DNA of 64,000 nucleotides, from positions 448,001-512,000 of the forward strand of contig JAWLHJ010000001.1 of the NCBI GenBank assembly GCA_041690395.1, in the 5' to 3' direction. Below the pieces are notes generated by a model. That model was not told where the DNA came from. It did no database searches and worked only from the letters and a program-made list of their open reading frames with translations. The position numbers and the translations under genes were made by a program. Below are positions 9,194 to 18,330 of this stretch, in pieces. Each line of letters starts with the position of its first letter. Positions within the stretch are counted from its first letter, which is position 1. Origin of the DNA: Longimicrobiales bacterium. GTDB taxonomy: Bacteria > Gemmatimonadota > Gemmatimonadetes > Longimicrobiales > Gaopeijiaceae.

Positions 9194-10169
9194 CGAGGTG
9201 CGAGACAGCGGCATGGAGTTCCCGAACGGAGCGCGGTTCGCGTTCACGATCTTCGACGACACGGACGACGGGACGTTGGCGAATCTGCGCCCGATCTACG
9301 AGCTGCTCGACGAGCTGGGCATGCGAGCCACCAAGACGGTGTGGCCGTTCCGCCACGAAGGCCCTTCGGACTTCTTCGCTTGTGAGACGCTGGAGGACGA
9401 CCGATACCGGGAGTGGGTGCGCAGCCTCCAGGCCCAGGGCTTCGAGGTCACCTGGCACTGTGCGTCGTTCGAGTCGAGTGGCCGCGAGCGGACCGCCGCC
9501 GGGATCGAGCGGTTCACGGACGTTTTTGGGAGCAGCCCTAGAATTCACGCGAACCATGCGCTGAACCGCGAGAACCTGTATTGGGGTCGGGGGCGGCTGG
9601 ACATGCCGAGCCTCGCTTCCCTCCTCGGGTGGGCCACCCGTACCGATCCTGACTATTATCAGGGCCATATCCAGGGCTCACCGTGGTGGTGGGGAGATCT
9701 CGCCCAACGCCACGTCCTTTACGGCAGGAACCTTACCTTCAACGATCTCAATGTGGCCAAAGTGAACCCATCGATGCCGTACTCGGATCCCCGTCGCTCC
9801 TTGATACCGCTATGGTTCTCCGCGTCTGATGCCGAGACGGTGCGGGAGTTCAACCGCTTGACGTCTCCGGGGAACGTCGACCGGCTCGAGAGGGAAGGAG
9901 GGTTCACGATCATCGCCACCCATCTGGGCAAGGGCTTCGTGCGCGATGGGGAGGTCAATCCAGAGACGCGGCGAAACCTCGAGTATGTGGCACGGCGACC
10001 GGGGTGGTTCCCCACTGCAGGTGAGCTTCTGGATTGGCTCAAGGAGCGGCGCGGCTCCCTCGCGTTACCTCGTAGGGAATGGGCGAAGATGCAGAGGCGC
10101 TTCGCGCGAGATCTGGTTCTCAGGAAAGTCCGATTCAAGTGGGATCGTCGGTCCAGCAGCTCAACATGA
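9180..10169 (+). CDS. Polysaccharide deacetylase-like (NodB-fold) protein
   Basis: FAFTIFDDTD, GFEVTWH, HANH and IATHLG metal-binding-type motifs; overlaps the GNAT stop. Confidence 0.65.
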   Translation: MELSDEVRDSGMEFPNGARFAFTIFDDTDDGTLANLRPIYELLDELGMRATKTVWPFRHEGPSDFFACETLEDDRYREWVRSLQAQGFEVTWHCASFESSGRERTAAGIERFTDVFGSSPRIHANHALNRENLYWGRGRLDMPSLASLLGWATRTDPDYYQGHIQGSPWWWGDLAQRHVLYGRNLTFNDLNVAKVNPSMPYSDPRRSLIPLWFSASDAETVREFNRLTSPGNVDRLEREGGFTIIATHLGKGFVRDGEVNPETRRNLEYVARRPGWFPTAGELLDWLKERRGSLALPRREWAKMQRRFARDLVLRKVRFKWDRRSSSST

Positions 10170-10432
10170 ACAGGACGAACATGCCCATGGAGATCGAGAG
10201 CCGATTGATCGAGATCTTCAGTGCTGTCTTCGAGCTACCCGCAGAGGTCGACCCGAGGTCACTCGACCGGCAGTCGAGTGAAAGATGGGACTCTCTCGGC
10301 CACACGTCGCTCGTGACCGCCCTGGAATCCGAGTTCGAGATCTCGATTGGGACAGCGGACTCTCTCGAGCTCGACTCGTTCGACTCGGCCATGATGATCG
10401 TCGAGGAGCTTCTCACCGAGCGGCAGGGCTGA
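10166..10432 (+). CDS. Acyl carrier protein
   Basis: WDSLGHTSLVTALESEFEI phosphopantetheine serine motif; small and acidic; ATGA overlap with the upstream gene (alternative starts 10181 or 10187). Confidence 0.88.
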   Translation: MNRTNMPMEIESRLIEIFSAVFELPAEVDPRSLDRQSSERWDSLGHTSLVTALESEFEISIGTADSLELDSFDSAMMIVEELLTERQG

Positions 10433-10436
10433 CGGG

Positions 10437-12068
10437 ATGAAATTTCTCGAGGCGAGAAGGATCCTGGCCAGCTTCGAGGGCGGCCCACCGCTCGACTTCC
10501 TCTTGGGTATGTCGGGGCAGCCCGAGCCGCTCCTCCCGTTCCTTCAGGCCGCCGCGGCCGAACGCGGGTTCGAGGCAAGAGTCCGGACGCTGCCGTTCAA
10601 CACGCTGACTCAGACCCTGCATGTTCCTCCGGAGGACGACGAGACCGAAGTCTTTCTCCTCTTCCCATGGGACCTACTGCCTGAGTTGGATTGGCGGTCG
10701 GGGTTTCCCGAGGCCCCCAGATCCCTGCATGAGCTCCTGGAGGACGCACGCGCCGTGATGGAGCGGATCCGGAGCCGGAAGCGCCCACCCTTGCTCTACG
10801 TGGCGTCGCCGATCCCCGAGGTCTTGCCGAACCATCATGCGTCGCGTGCCATCGACCATCACCTTCGGGCCATTGTGGAAGAGGTCGGTGGGGACGTGTT
10901 CCCTGGGGATGCTGTGTCACTGGAGAGTCTCTTTCGGTCCGGATCGCCCTTGGCCTCGTCTGCTCTCGGCTCCTTAGCCCGTGGCATCATCACGGCTGTC
11001 TTGGAGCGTCGGCCGTCCAGCGGAAAGGTCTTGGTTACGGACTTCGACAATACCCTTTGGCATGGGGTAGTCGGGGAGGATGGGGTCGATGGCCTCCACT
11101 TCTCCGCCTCCGGCTTGGGCTTTATCCACTTCGTCTATCAGACATTTATCAAGCGGCTCAAGAGAGCGGGCGTACTTATCGCCGGCGTGACCAAGAACGA
11201 CCCGGATCTGGCCACGGCCCCTCTGGAGGCCGAGGGCAGCGTTCTCGTACCCAACGACTTCGTGAGCATTCTCGCCAGCTACAACGCCAAGTCCAGTCAG
11301 ATCGAGGAGCTGGCCCGGCAACTGAACCTCGGTCTGGATTCGTTCGTGTTCGTGGATGACAATCCGGTGGAGCTGGCGGAGGTCGGCAAGGTCCTGCCGG
11401 ACATTCGTCTCGTCCAGTTCCCCCGTGATGCCGCGGAGCTGCCACGCATGATCTCCGAGCTCTCACGCTTCTTCCATCGGGAGGAGCTGTCGGACGAAGA
11501 CCGCGAGCGCACCGAGCTGTATCGCCGCCGAGTGGCCGGCTTGGTGCCGAAGGACGTGCGAGGTGCGGATCTCAAGGACTTCCTCAAGGGCCTCGAGATG
11601 CGTCTCACCGTGCGCGATCGGTCGGAGGGAGATCGACAGCGCGCCGTCCAGCTCATCAACAAGACGAACCAATTCAATCTGAACGGAATCCGAGTCCCCG
11701 ACGATGAGGTGGAGACCCTGCTCGCTGACGGCGGGCGCCTCTTCACGGCGAGCCTCTCCGATCGTCACGGGAGCCACGGAGAGATTCTTTCATGCCTCGT
11801 CGACGGGGACGGCACCATAAGGTCCCTGGTCATGTCCTGCCGGGTATTTCAGCGACGCGTGGAGTATGCCTTCCTCGTGTGGCTTTCCGACCGCCTCCCT
11901 TCCCGGACTCGGTTGGCCTATGTGGAGACGGAGCGGAACGAGCCGCTCCGGAGGTTCCTCAGGGATCCAGCGTTCGCTGCGGAGGATGACGGCGTTACAC
12001 TCGATCTTGAGGCGTTCGCGCGAGCTCATCGGGATGATCTCGCTCTCTTTGACATCGAGAGCCCCTAG
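10437..12068 (+). CDS. fkbH: FkbH-like HAD-IIIC phosphatase / glyceryl transferase
   Basis: DFDNTLWHGVVGEDG, TKND, FVDDNPVE, KTNQFN and MSCRV (acyl-accepting Cys) motifs. Confidence 0.88.
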   Translation: MKFLEARRILASFEGGPPLDFLLGMSGQPEPLLPFLQAAAAERGFEARVRTLPFNTLTQTLHVPPEDDETEVFLLFPWDLLPELDWRSGFPEAPRSLHELLEDARAVMERIRSRKRPPLLYVASPIPEVLPNHHASRAIDHHLRAIVEEVGGDVFPGDAVSLESLFRSGSPLASSALGSLARGIITAVLERRPSSGKVLVTDFDNTLWHGVVGEDGVDGLHFSASGLGFIHFVYQTFIKRLKRAGVLIAGVTKNDPDLATAPLEAEGSVLVPNDFVSILASYNAKSSQIEELARQLNLGLDSFVFVDDNPVELAEVGKVLPDIRLVQFPRDAAELPRMISELSRFFHREELSDEDRERTELYRRRVAGLVPKDVRGADLKDFLKGLEMRLTVRDRSEGDRQRAVQLINKTNQFNLNGIRVPDDEVETLLADGGRLFTASLSDRHGSHGEILSCLVDGDGTIRSLVMSCRVFQRRVEYAFLVWLSDRLPSRTRLAYVETERNEPLRRFLRDPAFAAEDDGVTLDLEAFARAHRDDLALFDIESP

Positions 12069-12108
12069 CCGCATGCGCACACACATCGCGACAAGGGGGC
12101 TCTGAGCC

Positions 12109-12984
12109 GTGCACGAGACTCGGCGAGAGAAGACCCCCGTCGAATTCTTCGACACGACCGCCAGTGAGTACGCGCACCAGCACTACGAGGCCGACGCGCA
12201 TTCCTTCATGCGAAACCGGCATGCCCGGATTTTGGAGTTCTTGGAGGGGTTGAGCACTGCGGTCACGCCTCTCGAGGTGCTGGATGCGGGCTGTGGGCCG
12301 GGATTTCTGGTCCAGGAGTTCGCTCGGCGCGGTTGGGGCGTCACGGCCATGGATGCTGCGCCGGGAATGCTGAGGGAGGCTCGATCGAGGATCGATCGGT
12401 CCGACTCAGGCGAGCGTGTTTCTTATTCGTGTGGGAGCATCGACCTACTTCCGTTTCGAGACGACTCGTTCGACCTGGTGTGCTCGACCGGAGTGATCGA
12501 GTATCTACCGGCTGACGAGCCAGTTCTCGCGGAGTTTGCTCGTGTCATGCGTCCGGGCGGCCGGTTGATCCTGTCCGTCACGAACGATTCTGCCCCGAGC
12601 CTGGCGCTGGATTCGGCGATAGAGGCATTGAAGCGGTCAGATGCGGTGCGGTCCATGTTCAACAGCCTCTGGACCCGTCTGGGCAAGCCGCCGGCCCGCC
12701 CGCGGCATTTCCACGTCCGGAGGCACCAGCCTAGACGATTCAGTGCAGCCTTGGGCCCGGCGGGCTTCGAGGTCGTCCGGGACGGCTATTTTCACTACCT
12801 GCCGTGGCCCCGCCCTCTCGACAAGGCCTTTCCGAGGGTCACTGCGCAGATCGGGCGGCGTATGGAGGCTTTGCTGCCTTCCACGAAGTTGCGTGGACTC
12901 GGAGAGGGCTACGTCGTGCTTGCAAGGAAAGCAGATCAAGGGACCGCGAATCGCGATCATCCCTCCGATATCGCATCGCTGTAG
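12109..12984 (+). CDS. Class I SAM-dependent methyltransferase
   Basis: VLDAGCGPG, LPFRDDSFDLV and RVMRPGG motifs. Confidence 0.88.
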   Translation: MHETRREKTPVEFFDTTASEYAHQHYEADAHSFMRNRHARILEFLEGLSTAVTPLEVLDAGCGPGFLVQEFARRGWGVTAMDAAPGMLREARSRIDRSDSGERVSYSCGSIDLLPFRDDSFDLVCSTGVIEYLPADEPVLAEFARVMRPGGRLILSVTNDSAPSLALDSAIEALKRSDAVRSMFNSLWTRLGKPPARPRHFHVRRHQPRRFSAALGPAGFEVVRDGYFHYLPWPRPLDKAFPRVTAQIGRRMEALLPSTKLRGLGEGYVVLARKADQGTANRDHPSDIASL

Positions 12985-14141
12985 AGGGCCGCGTACGCTC
13001 GACCGACTGAGTCGAGGGAGAACTTCTTTCGGATGACCTCCCGTGCTTCGAGGCCGAGGGACCGGGCGAGGGCTGAGTCCTTGAGCACGCGGAGAACCGC
13101 CTTTGCGAAGGCGGCGGGGTCCTTGGGAGCCACGAGCAGGCCCGTCTTTCCCTCCATGACGAGCTCTGGGTTGCCCCCCACGCGCGTGGCGACGACAGGG
13201 ATACCGTGGCTCATGGACTCCAAGATCGTCATGGAGAGCCCCTCCGAAAGCGACGTGAGGACGGACACGTCCATGATCGGATAACATTTCGCCATGTCGT
13301 CTCGATATCCGGCGAAGATGAGTCTGCTCGTCACTCCCAGCCGGCTGGCCCGAGCCTCGAGGTCCTGCCGATCGGGCCCGTCGCCGAAGATCACGAACCG
13401 GACCCGTGGCTCCTCCGCGAGAATCAGCGGCATGGATTCGATGAAATAGGGGACACCCTTGACCGCTCGATTCAGGTTCGAGACCATGCCCACGACCCGG
13501 TCCTCGGGGACCAGGCCCAGCTCTCGCCGGAGCAATCTCGTGTCCTCGTCCGCTGTCTCGGGTTGCTCGGGCACGATGACGCCGTTGTGGATGACCGTGA
13601 CCTGCCGCGCATCGAGGCCCTCCCGCTCAACGACGACGTCTTGGACCGCTTGGGACACACACACTACCCGATCGGGTATATGGGCAGTGGCCTGGAGCAT
13701 TCTGTAGTCCAGATCCGTCCAACTGAAGCCCTGGTCTTCTCGATTCTCGATCAGAAACCGAACGAGTCCAAGGGCTTTCAGGACGCGGGCATACATGATG
13801 GCCCAGAAAAAGTAGGTGTGTACGATGTCCGGCTGGATCTGCCGGATGATGGCGGCAGCCTGCCTCAAGTCTCTGAGTTGAGCCAGTGGAAATCGGTCTA
13901 GAAGCCGGTACGTGGGTCTACGCACGAGCCTGACAGAAGCCGGGAGCGTGACGTCCATCGGGCCCTGACATAACACGTGTACATCAAGACCGGCGCGCAC
14001 GAGGCGTTCGATCACCGAGCGCATGTGGGCGCCAGTACCCCCGCCCATGTCCGCCGTGAGGAAAAGGACGCGCGTCGGGCGTCCATCGGGCTCCATCAGG
14101 TGGACCGCCTTAGAACCACGCCTCTCGCGTAGGCCTTCCAT
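12957..14141 (-). CDS. GT4 family glycosyltransferase
   Basis: VIHNG, KG, GDGP and SEGLSMTILESM (EX7E) VATRVGGNPE motifs. Confidence 0.9.
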   Translation of the reverse strand: MEGLRERRGSKAVHLMEPDGRPTRVLFLTADMGGGTGAHMRSVIERLVRAGLDVHVLCQGPMDVTLPASVRLVRRPTYRLLDRFPLAQLRDLRQAAAIIRQIQPDIVHTYFFWAIMYARVLKALGLVRFLIENREDQGFSWTDLDYRMLQATAHIPDRVVCVSQAVQDVVVEREGLDARQVTVIHNGVIVPEQPETADEDTRLLRRELGLVPEDRVVGMVSNLNRAVKGVPYFIESMPLILAEEPRVRFVIFGDGPDRQDLEARASRLGVTSRLIFAGYRDDMAKCYPIMDVSVLTSLSEGLSMTILESMSHGIPVVATRVGGNPELVMEGKTGLLVAPKDPAAFAKAVLRVLKDSALARSLGLEAREVIRKKFSLDSVGRAYAALYSDAISEG

Positions 14142-15610
14142 GCATATGTCGGGTGGTCACCACCGAGCTCGATGCGAGGTAGTCGGAAACGGGCCGAATC
14201 CGGCCCGGCGTCCCCGCCGCAGTCCATCAATGCGCCTGCATACCCCAGTTCCTCCGCCAACGTAATCGCCTCTGGTGACACGTCTCCAGCCAACCCGAAA
14301 GGGTAGGCAAGAAAGATCTGTCTTCCGCCCCTGTTTTCGAGAAACTTCAGGGGAGCCGCCAGCTCGTGGCGCAACTGACCGGCGTCCAACTCGGAGACAC
14401 GTGCGTGATTGACGGTGTGTGCTCCGATGGTCCAGCCTGCGTGCTCGAGAGTCTCGACATCGGACCACTCCATGACCTGCAGCTGCTTCCGGATGGGAGA
14501 ATCGAGATCGTGATCGAACCGGCGGTCGGTGCTCACCAAGCCTGTGGAGAGGAAACAAGTCGCCACGAGGCCGCGCTCGGCGAGGATCGGGTAGGCGAAA
14601 TCGAGAACATTCCGGTACCCGTCGTCAAAGGTGATCGCCGCAACAGGCCGGCGAAGTCTGGCGCCCGACAACGCCAGGTGGACGGCTTCGTCGAGAGGAG
14701 CCACACGGTGTGTGCGAGTGAGATAGTCCACCTGATCGGCGAAGACGGATTGGGCAACCGTCATGCCGTCGCGGCACAAAGCGGTCACGCGATGGAAGGT
14801 GAAGATGCGGACCGGGTGTCTGGCCGTGAACGTTCGGATCAGATCGCGTACTGGACAGTAGGTCCAGAGCATCACATGGTAGGCGATGGCCTTGATCACT
14901 CTGAGCGGCACTCGAGCCCAACGCCTGACACCACCAGGCCTAGGATCTCCGGCTCGCGGGACACCCATGGGTGCTGCCGGTGGCACGATCGGGCGTTCTT
15001 GAGGCTCGGACTGTGGGCGGAGCTCCGTCTCGCCTGCCATGATTCTGTCGAGGCCTTCCCGAAAGATGCAGATGCACAACTCCTCCGCCCGGGTCATCAC
15101 GGCTTCAAGATCATCGGCTGGGTAGATTGGTGCCGAGCCGCTCGCGACGATGTCCCCGAGATCGCTCCCATCCGAGAGAAACTGTAGATTGGCCACGATC
15201 GATGTCCTATCGGTTGCGTCTTCCGGAACTCCAGCAGAGTTCCAAACATCTCCCTCATGGATCCCAATGGTGCCGAGGGATGGAATGCCGAAGAGCTGAC
15301 GCTCCAACAGGGGAGCCTCGATGGAGATCCCGAGATCCGGCTTCCAGTTCTGCACTCTCGTTAGAATATCTGGGGCGTGAAGGTCTTCAGACTCGATCTC
15401 CATGATCTCCGGGTTGCTGCGCCTCGCGGCATAGATCTTGATCCCCGTTGGTGATTGTCGCTTGAGCCGCTGGAGGAATGGTGGTCCCGATCCGCGCTCG
15501 GTTTCTTGGCGGCAGACCAAGATCGATGTTATGCCCTCTCTCGCCACGAGCACGGACCAGAGGGGGGTTCGCCGTAAGTCACATCGCCCTGTGAAGACGA
15601 CTATGCGCAT
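14096..15610 (-). CDS. Formyltransferase-like N-terminal domain fused to a CE4 polysaccharide deacetylase
   Basis: N-terminal PDLGISI..PLL...LF.IP..GTIGIH...D.GDIV resembles formyl_trans_N. C-terminal TFHRV, ITFDDG, GAHTVNH and AYPFG are CE4 motifs. Confidence 0.75.
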   Translation of the reverse strand: MRIVVFTGRCDLRRTPLWSVLVAREGITSILVCRQETERGSGPPFLQRLKRQSPTGIKIYAARRSNPEIMEIESEDLHAPDILTRVQNWKPDLGISIEAPLLERQLFGIPSLGTIGIHEGDVWNSAGVPEDATDRTSIVANLQFLSDGSDLGDIVASGSAPIYPADDLEAVMTRAEELCICIFREGLDRIMAGETELRPQSEPQERPIVPPAAPMGVPRAGDPRPGGVRRWARVPLRVIKAIAYHVMLWTYCPVRDLIRTFTARHPVRIFTFHRVTALCRDGMTVAQSVFADQVDYLTRTHRVAPLDEAVHLALSGARLRRPVAAITFDDGYRNVLDFAYPILAERGLVATCFLSTGLVSTDRRFDHDLDSPIRKQLQVMEWSDVETLEHAGWTIGAHTVNHARVSELDAGQLRHELAAPLKFLENRGGRQIFLAYPFGLAGDVSPEAITLAEELGYAGALMDCGGDAGPDSARFRLPRIELGGDHPTYAWKAYARGVVLRRST

Positions 15611-15708
15611 ATCGGAATCCAGTGTACGAGTAGCCAAGAGTCACAGGGGGGAGCCTTCCATACCTACGAGCCGGATGGAGTGGTTCCGGCCCTCCAGCGA
15701 GCAAACGC

Positions 15709-16590
15709 TTGTCTGACTTGAGCGGGCGATCTCAACGGCACCATTTCACGGTCGACGTCGAAGAGTATTTCCATCCGACGGCACTCGCGCCGTCGTTTCC
15801 ACCTGCGGATTGGCCAAGACTGGGCCGTCGGTCTCCCGGTGTCGTAGACCGGCTCCTGGAGTTTCTCGATGCCCGCAGCGTCACTGGAACGTTCTTCATT
15901 GTGGGTTGGCTCGCGGAACGGGAGCCGGCGATGGTGCGACGAATCGCCGGTCAGGGACACGAGGTCGCGTCGCATGGCCACGAACATGCTTTGGTCCGCT
16001 CACTTGGGGTAGAAGGTTTTCGTAGATCGATTCGCAAGAGTAGGGCCATTCTGGAGAGTCTGGTCGGCAGCCCCGTCGTCGGGTATCGAGCCCCAAGCTT
16101 TTCCATCGTCCCGGGGCTGGAGTGGGCCTTCGATGTTCTGATCGAGGAGGGGTACCTTTATGATGCTAGCCTCTTTCCCGTGAGCCAGCATCCGACGTAC
16201 GGATATCCGAGCGCGCCGCGAGATCCTCACTGGATCGAGCGCGGTGCTGGTCGCTTGCTCGAGTTGCCAGCGACGACCGCTCGAATCGCAGGGCAATCTC
16301 TGCCTGCCTCCGGCGGAGCCTACTTCAGACTGCTGCCTCTGGCGTTGGTCAGGGCTGGACTCCAGCAGTCGGAGGCTCGGGACGTACCCGGAATGTTTTA
16401 TATCCATCCATGGGAGATGGATGCCTGGGCTCCACGGGTGTCCCGCCAGCCCGTGCAGCGGCTGAGGACCTTCGCAGGTCGCACTCGAACCTGGTCGAGG
16501 CTGACGACGTTGTTCAACGAGTTCGATTTCGGTCCGATCCGTCAGACCTATCAACATATGAGCGCCAAGAGAGCCAGAGCAGCATCGTGA
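15709..16590 (+). CDS. XrtA/PEP-CTERM system-type polysaccharide deacetylase (DUF3473)
   Basis: FTVDVEEYF, HEVASHG, GYRAPSFSI, GGAYFRLLP and FYIHPWE motifs. Confidence 0.88.
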   Translation: MSDLSGRSQRHHFTVDVEEYFHPTALAPSFPPADWPRLGRRSPGVVDRLLEFLDARSVTGTFFIVGWLAEREPAMVRRIAGQGHEVASHGHEHALVRSLGVEGFRRSIRKSRAILESLVGSPVVGYRAPSFSIVPGLEWAFDVLIEEGYLYDASLFPVSQHPTYGYPSAPRDPHWIERGAGRLLELPATTARIAGQSLPASGGAYFRLLPLALVRAGLQQSEARDVPGMFYIHPWEMDAWAPRVSRQPVQRLRTFAGRTRTWSRLTTLFNEFDFGPIRQTYQHMSAKRARAAS

Positions 16591-16618
16591 AAAGGCTGGG
16601 GAGCGCCGGTCGCGTACA

Positions 16619-17740
16619 ATGTTGAGGCCCTCCGTCGTTCACCTGACCGCTCCTGCTCCATTCGGTGGCCTCGAGTCGGTCGTGCTGACGCTCGCGGCCG
16701 GTCAAGCACGCGCGGGTCACGAGGTCACGGTGATCGGCACGTTTACAACTCCTCCAGACGGCCAGCCCTTCTGGGACGCGGCGGCTGCGTTGGATGGTGT
16801 TCGAGCAGTGCCTCTCGTCTTCTCACCGAGGCGGTATCTAGCGGAGCATCGAGCGATTGCGCGAACCTTGGAGGAAGTCCCGAGCGACGTGATTCATTCC
16901 CATGGTTATCGCGCCGACGCAATGGCAGCGTCCCTTGGGGGGCGGCTCGGCCTGAAAACGGTGAGCACGGTACATGGATTCTCTGGCCAGGGCTTGAAGA
17001 ACTCTCTCTACGAGTGGCTACAGACCCGACTCCTCGGCAGATTCGACGGCGTCGTGGCAGTATCTCGGGCCATCGAGGCGGAGTTGCGAGAAAACGGAGT
17101 TCCGCCTGCGGTCCTGACGACGCTACCGAATGCTTGGGCGCCGACAGGCCGTCCTTTATCGAGGTCCCAGGCACGGTCTGAGCTAGGGCTTCCGGACAAT
17201 CAGCCCATCATTGGCTGGGTCGGAAGGATGAGTCCAGAGAAGGCGCCGGACGTTGCCTTGGAGGCGTTTGCCGGGGTCACTGTGCCGGAGAGTCGGCTCG
17301 TCTTCATCGGTGACGGGCCGGAACGCTCAGCGCTCGAGGCCGTCTCGCGGCGACTCGGCATCGCGAACAGGGTCCATTGGGCCGGAGTCGTTCCGGGGGC
17401 TGGCCGACTCCTCCCGGCTTTCGATGTCCTCTGCCTCTCGTCCTGGACTGAGGGTACGCCTATCGTTCTCCTCGAAGCGATGGCGGCACAGGTCCCAATA
17501 GTGACCACGGCCGTTGGAGGCATCCCCGATGTAGTATCCGGGAAGGAGGCTCTCCTGGTGGATGCCGGCAACCGTGAATCGCTGGCGAGGGCCATGTCCT
17601 TCGCCATTCTGGATCCCGAGGGAGCACAGGCACGTGCCACCGCTGCCCGTGCGCGGGTCGAATGTGACTACGACCCGAAGCCCTGGGTGGAGCGGTATGC
17701 CCGCGTCTATGGGGCGGCGATCAGAAGATCGTGTAGATGA
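16619..17740 (+). CDS. GT4 family glycosyltransferase
   Basis: GGLE, HSHGY, VGRMSPEK and EGTPIVLLEAMA...VGGIP motifs. Confidence 0.9.
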   Translation: MLRPSVVHLTAPAPFGGLESVVLTLAAGQARAGHEVTVIGTFTTPPDGQPFWDAAAALDGVRAVPLVFSPRRYLAEHRAIARTLEEVPSDVIHSHGYRADAMAASLGGRLGLKTVSTVHGFSGQGLKNSLYEWLQTRLLGRFDGVVAVSRAIEAELRENGVPPAVLTTLPNAWAPTGRPLSRSQARSELGLPDNQPIIGWVGRMSPEKAPDVALEAFAGVTVPESRLVFIGDGPERSALEAVSRRLGIANRVHWAGVVPGAGRLLPAFDVLCLSSWTEGTPIVLLEAMAAQVPIVTTAVGGIPDVVSGKEALLVDAGNRESLARAMSFAILDPEGAQARATAARARVECDYDPKPWVERYARVYGAAIRRSCR

Positions 17741-17870
17741 ACGGCGCCAGTGCCGATCCCTGCGCGAACACGAGGAGCGCTCCGACCATCAGCATCACTA
17801 CGATGATGGGAAGGAGCCAGAACTTCTTCCGCTCCTTCATGAACGCCCAAAGTTCCTTTATCAGCGCCAT
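17721..17870 (-). CDS. DUF5989 / SxtK-like small membrane protein (49 aa, below the ORF-track cutoff)
   Basis: Translated by hand: MALIKELWAFMKERKKFWLLPIIVVMLMVGALLVFAQGSALAPFIYTIF*, with the RKK.WL.P...APFIY..F signature. Confidence 0.88.
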   Translation of the reverse strand: MALIKELWAFMKERKKFWLLPIIVVMLMVGALLVFAQGSALAPFIYTIF

Positions 17871-17928
17871 TGTCTATTGCCTCGATGTTTGTCGGTTATC
17901 GCCAAGTCCCAGCGCAATCCGTCGTGGA

Positions 17929-18330
17929 TCAGAACTGCCTCTGTAGATCACTCTTTCGTTTCGCCCCCCGAGACGTCCAGAAGCTCCCGTTCTCGGGGAC
18001 TCGCACCACGGGGTTGCGGCCCAAGAGCCGCATGACCACGCCAATCGGCGCGATGACGAGAAAGTAGGTGATCCCCATGAAGATTGGGGTGGTGATCTTC
18101 GATAGAAGGAGAGCGAAGCCCATCCAGGCTCGGTACACCGGCCCGAGCTTGCCGGGAATCAACAGCCCGGCAAGCAACAGGGTACCCCCTAAGACACCAA
18201 AGCCCGAAGCGACGGATTCATGTCCACGCCACCAGACGATTCCGCCCAGCACGAGGAATGCGATTCCGACCGGGAAGGCGAACTTCCGGCCTTCCTCAGG
18301 CGTCAATCGAGCTGGAATTCTTGTCTCCAA
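17929..18330 (-). CDS. SxtJ family membrane protein
   Basis: GRKFAF, P...AWM......I..P......YF....P.G..MR..G..P..., SDLQRQF C-terminus; TTG start after GAGGAGG. Confidence 0.82.
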   Translation of the reverse strand: METRIPARLTPEEGRKFAFPVGIAFLVLGGIVWWRGHESVASGFGVLGGTLLLAGLLIPGKLGPVYRAWMGFALLLSKITTPIFMGITYFLVIAPIGVVMRLLGRNPVVRVPENGSFWTSRGAKRKSDLQRQF

